In this document: positions 8,083 through 15,492 of the stretch, in pieces
Numbering within the stretch: position 1 is the first letter of the stretch
Layout of the letters: each line of letters starts with the position of its first letter
Assembly: GCA_021732445.1 (NCBI GenBank)
Contig: JAKFUZ010000022.1
Coordinates: 2,218-66,217, forward strand
DNA length: 64,000 bases
Source: Sphingomonas sp.
Lineage (GTDB): Bacteria; Pseudomonadota; Alphaproteobacteria; Sphingomonadales; Sphingomonadaceae
Direction of reading: 5' to 3'
The notes under the pieces: generated by a model
What the model saw: only the letters and a program-made list of their open reading frames with translations
What the model was told of the DNA's origin: nothing
The model's database searches: none
Translations under genes and position numbers: made by a program

Positions 8083-10601
8083 GGACCGCCATGATCTGGA
8101 AACACCATCTGCCGCTACTGGCGCTGTTGCCAGCGGCCGCGCTGGCCATGGCGACGGTGGCGACATTTGTCCATCGCGCCGTTGCGCAGACCGTGCCCGC
8201 CGCCGATGTTGATGCGCGCGCCGAGGCCATTCTGGCGGGCATGTCGCTCGACCAGAAAATTGCGCAGGTCATCCAGCCCGATACCGGCAGTTTTACGGTT
8301 GCCGATATGGCGCGCTATCGTTTCGGCAGCTATCTGAGCGGCGGTAATTCAGGGCCGGGCAATGACGAGCGCGCGCCGCCCGAGCGCTGGCTGGCGCTGG
8401 CCGACGCCAATTGGGAAGCGGCGATGGCACCGCGCGCCGATGGCCGCCGCCCGATCCCGACAATGTGGGCGATCGACGCGCTGCACGGGCACAACAATAT
8501 CGTGGGCGCGACGCTGTTCCCGCACAATATCGGGCTGGGCGCGACCCGCGACCCGGCGCTCATCCGCGACATCGGCGCCGCCACTGCCGCCGAGATTGCC
8601 GTCACTGGCATCGACTGGACCTTTGCGCCGACGCTTGCTGTGGTGCGCGACGTGCGCTGGGGCCGCACTTATGAGAGCTATTCCCAAGACCCTGATGTCG
8701 TTGCGTCAATGGCCGGCGCAATGGTCGAAGGGCTGCAAGGCACCCCCGCCACGCCCGGCTTTCTTGGCCCCGACAAGGTTATCGCAACCGCCAAGCATTT
8801 TCTGGGCGATGGCGGCACCGGCGGCAAGGATCAGGGCGATACCGTCGCGACCGATGCGGAACTGAGCCAGATCCATGCCGCCGGCTATCGACCAGCGGTT
8901 GCCGCTGGCGTGGAGACGGTCATGGCGTCATTTTCCAGCGTCAATGGGGTCAAGATGCATGGCAGCAAGCGCTGGCTGACCGGCTATCTTCGCGGTGACC
9001 TCGGGTTCAAGGGGTTGCTGCTTGGCGACTGGAATGGGCATGGCCAGGTGCCGGGGTGCTCGGTGGGTAGTTGCGCTGCCTCGTTCAACGCCGGGCTCGA
9101 TATTTTCATGGCGCCCGATAGCTGGAAGGCGCTGTTCGCGGCGACCAGCGCGCAAGTAAAATCGGGCGAGATCAGCATGGCGCGACTCGACGAAGCGGTG
9201 CGGCGTATCCTGCGCGTCAAGGTTGCGGCTGGTGTGTTCGACAAGGGCAAGCCCTCGTCGCGGCCGCTTGCCGGCAAGGTTCAGGTGCTGGCGAGCCCCG
9301 CGCACCGGGCGCTTGCCCGCCGCGCCGTGCGCGAATCGCTGGTGCTGCTGAAGAACAACGGCAATCTCCTGCCGCTCCAGCCCGGGCAATCGGTGCTCGT
9401 AACGGGGGACGGCGCGGACAACATTCCAATGCAGGCCGGTGGCTGGACGATTAGCTGGCAGGGCGGGGGCGACCTGACCAATGCCGATTTCCCGCATGGC
9501 GAGTCAATCTATCACGGCATTGCCGAGACGGTGAAGGCAGCCGGGGGGACCGCGCAGCTCTCTGCCGATGGCAGTTTTGCGGCCAAGCCCGATGCCGCAA
9601 TCGTCGTGTTCGGCGAAAAGCCCTATGCCGAATTCATGGGCGACCTCGAAACGCTTGAATATCATGACGGTTTCAAGAGCTTCAGGATAATGCAGCGGCT
9701 GCGGGCGGCCGGGGTGCCGGTGGTCGCGGTGTTTTTGTCGGGGCGGCCATTGTGGGTCAATCCAGAGATCAACATGGCCGATGCCTTTGTCGCGGCATTC
9801 CTGCCGGGCAGCGAGGGCGGCGGCGTGGCCGACATGCTCTTTCGTGGCGGCGATGGCGCCGTCAGGCACGAATTTACCGGAAAATTGTCGTTCAGCTGGC
9901 CCAATGGCCCGATGCCCCCGTCTTTTGGCGTGGCCAATGATCGGGCAACGCTGTTCCCGTTTGGCTATGGGCTGACGACGAGCGACCGGGTTACCGTCGG
10001 GCCGCTGTCTGAGAAAGCGCCGATTGGCGTGGTCGCCGATGACAGGCTGGTGGTCCTCAGCCGGGCGGGCCTGCCCGCGGCATGGTACACGCGGCTGAGC
10101 GAAGGGGGCGGCAAGGCCGATTTTATCAGCAGCAACGCCGGGCGCAGCGCCACCGGTGCGATCACTATGCGCGGGCTGGACCGCAACCAGCAGGAAGATG
10201 CCCGGCTGGTCGCGTGGCGGGGCGGCACGGCTGCCCGGCTCGATGTGGCGGCGGCGCGGGTGCTTGATCTGTCGGCTGCGGGCAAGGCGCTGGTGGTTGA
10301 CTGGCGGGTGCTTGCCCGGCCAAGCGGGCGGGTTCGGATCGGCGTCGCGCAGGCGGCGCAAGCCGGAAAGCCCGGCCCGGCGCCGCTGCTGGTTGATGCG
10401 ACGGCCCTGCTCGCCGGGGCGCCGGCAGGCTGGCACACGGCCTCAATTCCGCTGCGCTGCCTGGGTTCGGCTGCACGGCTGGGCGCCATCGACACGCCGT
10501 TCATTGTCGAAACCGCCGGCCGCCTGTCGCTCGCGCTATCGGGGGTCCGCATAGCGTCCGCCACCGGGCGCGTGCTGTCGTGCCCCCGCCGGGCCAGATG
10601 A
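8079..10601 (+). CDS. glycoside hydrolase family 3 exo-beta-glucosidase (ExoP-like exo-1,3/1,4-beta-glucanase), secreted
   Basis: 840-aa ORF overlapping GH16 by 4 nt. Signal peptide present. GH3 motifs LHGHNN, KHFLGDGGTGGKDQGD and GLLLGDWNGH (nucleophile region). Long C-terminal extra domain as in ExoP-type enzymes. The true start may be ATG 8091. Confidence 0.9.
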   Translation: MRTAMIWKHHLPLLALLPAAALAMATVATFVHRAVAQTVPAADVDARAEAILAGMSLDQKIAQVIQPDTGSFTVADMARYRFGSYLSGGNSGPGNDERAPPERWLALADANWEAAMAPRADGRRPIPTMWAIDALHGHNNIVGATLFPHNIGLGATRDPALIRDIGAATAAEIAVTGIDWTFAPTLAVVRDVRWGRTYESYSQDPDVVASMAGAMVEGLQGTPATPGFLGPDKVIATAKHFLGDGGTGGKDQGDTVATDAELSQIHAAGYRPAVAAGVETVMASFSSVNGVKMHGSKRWLTGYLRGDLGFKGLLLGDWNGHGQVPGCSVGSCAASFNAGLDIFMAPDSWKALFAATSAQVKSGEISMARLDEAVRRILRVKVAAGVFDKGKPSSRPLAGKVQVLASPAHRALARRAVRESLVLLKNNGNLLPLQPGQSVLVTGDGADNIPMQAGGWTISWQGGGDLTNADFPHGESIYHGIAETVKAAGGTAQLSADGSFAAKPDAAIVVFGEKPYAEFMGDLETLEYHDGFKSFRIMQRLRAAGVPVVAVFLSGRPLWVNPEINMADAFVAAFLPGSEGGGVADMLFRGGDGAVRHEFTGKLSFSWPNGPMPPSFGVANDRATLFPFGYGLTTSDRVTVGPLSEKAPIGVVADDRLVVLSRAGLPAAWYTRLSEGGGKADFISSNAGRSATGAITMRGLDRNQQEDARLVAWRGGTAARLDVAAARVLDLSAAGKALVVDWRVLARPSGRVRIGVAQAAQAGKPGPAPLLVDATALLAGAPAGWHTASIPLRCLGSAARLGAIDTPFIVETAGRLSLALSGVRIASATGRVLSCPRRAR

Positions 10602-10757
10602 GGCGACGATAATGCGCCCTTGAGCGTGGGGCGGCGCTGCATCATAGGCGGACAATACCAAACAGCGTCTCGCGCCTTTGCGCCGAGCCGGGTGCTTGGC
10701 GAGCAGCGGCGACCGGGCCGTGGGGCTTGAGGACATAAAGGCAGGAACCGCGCGACA

Positions 10758-11810
10758 ATGCCGAAGCAGGGGTCGGTCACGATCGAACATGTCGCCACGG
10801 CGGCGGGCGTTTCGCGGCAGACAGTATCGCGCGTCATCAACAACGGCCCCAACGTCAAGCCGCTGGTGCGAGAGCGTATTCTCGCAGCGATTGAGGCGCT
10901 GGGCTATGTGCCCAGTCAGGCCGCGCGCCGCATGGGCGGTGGCCGGTCCTATCTGATCCTCGCGATCAACGACCGGCCGCGCACGATTGAGAATTGGCGC
11001 GCCGGGCGCGGCAATGACTGGGTCGATCAAATGCTGCACGGCGGGATGCTGACCTGCGAGGCGCACGGCTATCACTTGCTGTTCGAGCTGGTCGATGTCC
11101 TGCCCGAGCGCGCGCTGCGGCAGCTCGACCGGGCCGTGTCGTCGCTGCGGCCGGATGGCGTCATCCTGACACCGCCGCACAGCGAAAATGCCGAGCTTGC
11201 CGATTTGTTGACCAAGCGCGGCATCGGCTTTGGCCGCATGGGGTCTTCGGCCCGGCATGATGATGGCGTCAATGTTTTCATGAGCGACCATGATGCAGCG
11301 GCCGCCGCCGTCGCCCACCTTGTCGCGCTCGACCACCGCCGGATCGGCTTTATTTCCGGCAGCGCGCGCTACGCTGCCTCTGACGCGCGCGAGCAGGGCT
11401 ATGTCGGGGCCATGGCGGCGGCTGGCCTGCCGATACTTGCGGGCGATATCCAGCATGGTGACTTTTCCTTCGCGTCGGGCGCGGCCGCGATGGAGCGGAT
11501 CCTGCGCCGGCCCGATCCGCCGACCGCAGTAATCGCCAGCAATGATGAAATGGCCTTTGCCGTGCTGCACGTCGCCGCCGATTTCGGGATCGCCGTGCCC
11601 GGCGCGCTGTCGGTCGTGAGTTTTGACGACACACCCGGCGTCCGCTTCAGCGTGCCCCCGCTTTCGGCAATCCGCCAGCCGATTTCGGCGCTGGCCGAGA
11701 CGATCTGCATCAAGCTGATTGCCGCGCGCAACGGCGCTGACGTGAGCGGCGACTATGTCTTGCCGTTCGAGCTGATCGAGCGTCAGAGCACCGCGCGCCG
11801 CAGCGCGTGA
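10758..11810 (+). CDS. LacI-family transcriptional regulator
   Basis: N-terminal HTH VTIEHVATAAGVSRQTVSRVINNGPNV. Periplasmic-binding-protein-like C-terminal fold with ...AVIASNDEMAFAVL... and VVSFDD. Confidence 0.9.
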   Translation: MPKQGSVTIEHVATAAGVSRQTVSRVINNGPNVKPLVRERILAAIEALGYVPSQAARRMGGGRSYLILAINDRPRTIENWRAGRGNDWVDQMLHGGMLTCEAHGYHLLFELVDVLPERALRQLDRAVSSLRPDGVILTPPHSENAELADLLTKRGIGFGRMGSSARHDDGVNVFMSDHDAAAAAVAHLVALDHRRIGFISGSARYAASDAREQGYVGAMAAAGLPILAGDIQHGDFSFASGAAAMERILRRPDPPTAVIASNDEMAFAVLHVAADFGIAVPGALSVVSFDDTPGVRFSVPPLSAIRQPISALAETICIKLIAARNGADVSGDYVLPFELIERQSTARRSA

Positions 11811-13051
11811 TGCCGCCGGCGCGCCTGTTTGCCAGATATTATGTGATGGCGATGGTCGGGGCGTTCATCGCCTTCATGCCGCTCGGTGCGCTCATCCTGC
11901 CGCAGAAAATTGCGATGATCGCCGGAATTGCCGGTCATGGCGGGCCGGTGCGTGCGTTGAGCTGGCTGCTTGTGGCGGGCGGCGTCGTCGCGGGCCTTGG
12001 CAACATCGCCGCGGGCCTTGCCAGCGACCGGCTATATCGGGCGCGCAACAGCCGCCGCCAGATGATTTTGGCCGGGCTGGTGGTCGTCGCCATGGCATTT
12101 GCGGGGCTGGGTGCGGCACGATCCTTCGGCGCGCTGATGCTGGCGATGCTGGCATTTCAGCTCGCTCTCAACATGTTGCTGGCGCCGCTCGTCGCGCTGA
12201 TGGTTGATTATGTGCCTGACCGTCAGAAAGGGGCGATGGCGGGGTGGCTTGGCCTTGCGCTGCCGGCAGGGTCGTTCTCGGTAACCGTGCTGGTGGCCTT
12301 GGGCGCGGCGTGGCCGATCGGCCTGGGCGGCCAGTTGGCGCTCACCTGCGTGATGGTGGTGCTGCTCGTTGTGCCCCTCATCTGGCGCTGGCCCGTCCCC
12401 GAACGCATTGAGCAGGTCTCGGCGGCGGCCAGCGGCGGCGGCGATGCAGCCCCGGCGCCGGGCCTGGCACGCAATTTCGCGCTTGCCTGGATGGCACGGT
12501 TGCTGGTGCAGTTCGCGGCGGCGGCGATACTCCCCTATCTTTATTTCTACGTCGCCGACGTGGCGCGCCGCGGCGCCGGCCCTCAGGCGATTGCAGAAGG
12601 AGTCGGCATTCTGGCGCTTGCTTTTGCCCTGGCGTCAATCGCGGGAGCGCTTGGCGCCGGGTGGCTGTCGGACCGGCTCGATCGGCGCCAACCCGTGCTG
12701 GTGGCGGCAGCGGGCGCCGTCGCGGCGGCGATGATGCTGCTTGCCACGGCAACGAGCTGGCCGGTGATCGTCGCGGCCTATGCGTTGTTCGCGGCCGGCC
12801 TGGCGGGGTTTCTGGCGGTCGACAGCGCGCTGGTTGCGCAGATGGTCTCGGCGAGCGGGCGGCGGGCAACATTGCTGGGCGTGATGAACCTTACCAACAC
12901 GCTGCCTGGCATCATGGCGCCGGCGGCCACGCTGATGATTGTCGGTGATGGTGTCGGTGCGGCCGGTATGCTGACTGTGCTTAAGCTCGGCGCGGGCGGC
13001 GCCATCATCGCCGCGGTGTGCGGCAGCAGGATCAGCTTGCCGACCCGGTGA
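11807..13051 (+). CDS. MFS-type transporter (probable oligosaccharide/glucoside importer)
   Basis: 414 aa with ~12 hydrophobic segments. Its start overlaps the LacI stop (GTGATG). Function inferred from context in the glycan locus. Confidence 0.75.
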   Translation: MMPPARLFARYYVMAMVGAFIAFMPLGALILPQKIAMIAGIAGHGGPVRALSWLLVAGGVVAGLGNIAAGLASDRLYRARNSRRQMILAGLVVVAMAFAGLGAARSFGALMLAMLAFQLALNMLLAPLVALMVDYVPDRQKGAMAGWLGLALPAGSFSVTVLVALGAAWPIGLGGQLALTCVMVVLLVVPLIWRWPVPERIEQVSAAASGGGDAAPAPGLARNFALAWMARLLVQFAAAAILPYLYFYVADVARRGAGPQAIAEGVGILALAFALASIAGALGAGWLSDRLDRRQPVLVAAAGAVAAAMMLLATATSWPVIVAAYALFAAGLAGFLAVDSALVAQMVSASGRRATLLGVMNLTNTLPGIMAPAATLMIVGDGVGAAGMLTVLKLGAGGAIIAAVCGSRISLPTR

Positions 13052-13088
13052 GCTTGCGGAGCTGCTCGTCGCTCATGCCACCGTGTGG

Positions 13089-13137
13089 CCTAATCGAAAT
13101 GATTATGTTTCTAGTCGGAACGCGGAGCGCGGACGCC
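13089..13137 (+). promoter_or_regulatory. conserved A/T-rich upstream element, copy 1 (in front of ORF A)
   Basis: cctaatcgaaatgattatgtttctagtcggaacgcggagcgcggacgcc. About 40 of 49 positions are identical to 14921-14968 by hand alignment. It ends ~105 nt before the ATG at 13243. Confidence 0.5.
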
Positions 13138-13242
13138 TGCAGAGTCGATCATAACAATGAAGAAGCGGTGCGGTGCCGCTCGGGTCGCCCTTTTGCCGGG
13201 TTGACCAAAACAGGTTTTCGGTTTCTCACACAGGAGGATGTA

Positions 13243-13983
13243 ATGAGCTTTCTCGGTATCAGCGGTTTCAATTTTCAGTCGCTCGCGTCTCTGGGCGTCC
13301 AGGCTGGGCTGGCCTTTGCTTCGGGTGGCACCAGCGTTGTCGCCCAGACCATTGCCAAGCAGCTCGTCTCGGCAATTGCCCAGCAGGTCTTGCAGAATAT
13401 TGGCCAGAAGCTGGGCCTGCCGCAGGCGGTGATCGACGGCGCCCAGGCAGCGTTTTCGGCCGCTTCGGGCAACCCTGCCGGCGTCAGGCAAAACGTCAAC
13501 CAGATTATTGATGGTGTTACCCGGCAGTTCAACCTGTCGCCAGCCCAGCAGGGCGAACTCCGGCGCGCTGCTGACCAGTCGGAATTGGCAATCGAAGCCG
13601 CGGTTCAGCAAGCGGTACGGCGGACGGGATTGGATGCGAAACGCGGCGCCGAAAGGGAAAAAGCGGCTGCGCGGCCAGGCAATTATCTTGAAGCGCTGGC
13701 ACTGGCGCTGGGCAAAGCACTTGACGACAATTTCGACAAGGCACTGGATCTGGCCAATCAGATCGCCGAGCAGACTGCCGCCAATAACAAGTTCGTCAGC
13801 AACCTTGGCGACAAGCCGAGCCAGGGTGATACGCTGAGGGCCAACGACAATCAGAGCAAGTTGGGGACCACTAACTCACTGTTCCAGGCCGTCAACCAGC
13901 AAATTTCCATTCTGCAGAGCGTCATCAAGACGGCGTTCGATGCCATCGGTGGCGCCCAGTCGACCATCGCCCGCCGCAACTAA
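13243..13983 (+). CDS. hypothetical protein A: Cys/Trp/His-free, Ala/Gln/Gly/Ser/Asn-rich helical protein (harpin- or translocator-like composition)
   Basis: ORF 13018-13983 trimmed to ATG 13243, which is preceded by caggagga. The sequence begins MSFLGISGFNFQSLASLGVQAGLAFASGG... with no acidic residue in the first 64 aa and no signal peptide. Followed by a strong intrinsic terminator. Confidence 0.7.
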   Translation: MSFLGISGFNFQSLASLGVQAGLAFASGGTSVVAQTIAKQLVSAIAQQVLQNIGQKLGLPQAVIDGAQAAFSAASGNPAGVRQNVNQIIDGVTRQFNLSPAQQGELRRAADQSELAIEAAVQQAVRRTGLDAKRGAEREKAAARPGNYLEALALALGKALDDNFDKALDLANQIAEQTAANNKFVSNLGDKPSQGDTLRANDNQSKLGTTNSLFQAVNQQISILQSVIKTAFDAIGGAQSTIARRN

Positions 13984-14011
13984 TCTTTTGCGGCAATCGC
14001 CAAACCAGATC

Positions 14012-14043
14012 GGGACGGGGCTGTCATGGCTCCGTCCCTTTTT
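14012..14043 (+). terminator. rho-independent terminator after ORF A
   Basis: gggacggggc / gctccgtccc form a 10-bp stem with 1 mismatch and a 7-nt loop, followed by ttttt (14039-14043). Confidence 0.6.
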
Positions 14044-14090
14044 GCGTGTATTCTCAAGTTGCAGGGGACCGGAACGAAGGAGACGCAGCC

Positions 14091-14873
14091 ATGCCGTCAG
14101 CACACCAAACGACATTTTCGCCGCGCGGTCTGTGGCGAGCGGCCCTTGTCGCCGCGGTGGTCGGGGCATGGCCGGGCGCGGCCTTGGCGCAATTTGATAA
14201 CTCGCCGTTCGGCAGCTATTTCGTCGCCACTCTCAATTCCAACATTTCAAACCAGCTGGCTAACCTCTCCCGAGAGCAGCTTGGCGAGCAGCTGGTCAAC
14301 GGTAAGGCTGACAAACGACCGCTTTCCCCTAAGGATCGCGCGCGGCAGGCGCGCTTTTACGAGCCAGACCCCGCGGCGCGCGCGAAGCTCGTCGCGCGGA
14401 TCGCCGCTGCCGTTCGCGTCAAAGACCCGGCGGGCGCTAACCAGCTTTTGGCGCTGAATGCCCAAAGGGACATCATCCGGGAAGCCAAGAACAAAATCTC
14501 GAGGCGCTACGCCATTAATACGTTCGACGTTGCAGGCGCCTTTGCCGTGAACTGGGTTTATGCTTGGCTGATCTCCCAGGGGGAAGCGGGCGACCCCAAT
14601 GGCGCGACCATGCGCGCCGTTTATAGCCAGACAAAGGCGGCCTTTGACGGAACATCGTCGCTGGCAAAGCTGAACAACACGCAAAAGCTTGAAATGGCCG
14701 AAACGCTGCTTTTGCAGACAGTGTTCTTCAGCAGCTTGCTTGAAGGCGCCGCGGGCCGCCCGGCCGAAGTTGCGCAGGCTCGGCAAATCGTGCTCGCCCA
14801 GGCGAGCGCCGCAGGGCTTGATCTGGCGACGATGACGCTCACCAGCAGAGGTTTCGTTCCCGCCAAAAAATAG
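14091..14873 (+). CDS. hypothetical protein B, Sec-exported
   Basis: ORF 14046-14873 trimmed to ATG 14091, which is preceded by gaaggaga. Signal peptide MPSAHQTTFSPRGLWRAALVAAVVGAWPGAALA|QF. The mature part is helical and Cys-free, with no motif I recognise. Confidence 0.65.
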   Translation: MPSAHQTTFSPRGLWRAALVAAVVGAWPGAALAQFDNSPFGSYFVATLNSNISNQLANLSREQLGEQLVNGKADKRPLSPKDRARQARFYEPDPAARAKLVARIAAAVRVKDPAGANQLLALNAQRDIIREAKNKISRRYAINTFDVAGAFAVNWVYAWLISQGEAGDPNGATMRAVYSQTKAAFDGTSSLAKLNNTQKLEMAETLLLQTVFFSSLLEGAAGRPAEVAQARQIVLAQASAAGLDLATMTLTSRGFVPAKK

Positions 14874-14920
14874 CGGCGCGCCGTGGCTTGTGGGCTGCGG
14901 CCACGCGCCTGCACGCTATC

Positions 14921-14968
14921 CCTACTCGAAACGATTAGTTTTATAGTCGGATCGCGCAGTGCGGCGCC
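14921..14968 (+). promoter_or_regulatory. conserved A/T-rich upstream element, copy 2 (in front of ORF C)
   Basis: cctactcgaaacgattagttttatagtcggatcgcgcagtgcggcgcc. This is a paralogue of 13089-13137. It ends ~75 nt before the ATG at 15043. Confidence 0.5.
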
Positions 14969-15042
14969 GCGCGCTTTCGGGTCATATACTCCCGTTGAAA
15001 GCAGTTTGCGGACAACCCCTTTCGGTAAGGCAAGTTAGAGTT

Positions 15043-15453
15043 ATGAGCATTTCACTCCCTCCCTCGTCAGTCAGCCGACTTGGCACTGTCGGCGTGGGTC
15101 AGGGCGGCGGCACAACCGCCGGAACGTCGCCTGTTACGGAGCTGTCGGGCCGCGTAGCGGCTCGCATTGCCGCCGAGCTTGGCCTTGCGCCGTCGCGCGG
15201 TGGCCTTGGGCATGATCCTTACCGGATTGCCGATACTGCGGCTGCTTTGGCGTCCGGCGTCCATGCGACGCCCCAGGAGGCAGGAGAAATTGAACGCGTA
15301 CTGACCGAGTTCGTGCAGGCGGCGACCGCGCTGATTTCGGCACAGCCGGGCGCTGCGTCGGTGGAGTCGGTGGCCCGGGCGGCGGCATCGGTTTCGGGCG
15401 CCTCGGCGGCCCTGCTTGTGGCCTCGCTCAAACAGGCGGCGGTCGCGCTTTAA
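15043..15453 (+). CDS. hypothetical protein C: small Gly/Ala/Ser-rich, Cys-free protein
   Basis: ORF 14959-15453 trimmed to ATG 15043, because the longer start would overlap the conserved element. The sequence begins MSISLPPSSVSRLGTVGVGQGGGTTAGTSPV... with no acidic residue in the first 32 aa and no signal peptide. The SD is weak, so the start is uncertain. Confidence 0.55.
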   Translation: MSISLPPSSVSRLGTVGVGQGGGTTAGTSPVTELSGRVAARIAAELGLAPSRGGLGHDPYRIADTAAALASGVHATPQEAGEIERVLTEFVQAATALISAQPGAASVESVARAAASVSGASAALLVASLKQAAVAL

Positions 15454-15492
15454 TAAATTGTGTTTTCATCCAATTTTTCGAGGAGGAATATT

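Noticed and set aside
13089-13137. Match of the conserved element to known effector-gene promoters (Xanthomonas PIP box TTCGB-N15-TTCGB, rhizobial tts box, Pseudomonas hrp box GGAACC-N15/16-CCACNNA) or to sigma-54, sigma-28 or EcfG promoters
   Set aside because: Hand alignment gives only partial matches. TTCCG-N17-TTCGA occurs on the wrong strand with the wrong spacing for a PIP box. Roughly 10/17 positions match the tts-box core in copy 1, and copy 2 is worse. GGAAC is present only in copy 1 and lacks a CGTT -10. I therefore leave the element unclassified.
13018-13242. Long N-terminal extension of ORF A (start at 13018, overlapping the MFS gene)
   Set aside because: The extension would run through the conserved A/T-rich element and has poor codon usage. 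ATG 13243 has a consensus SD (caggagga).
14874-14912. Imperfect G/C hairpin (ggcgcgccgtggc...gccacgcgcc) after ORF B as a terminator
   Set aside because: The stem is bulged and has no T-run. It may still pause transcription, but it is not callable from sequence alone.
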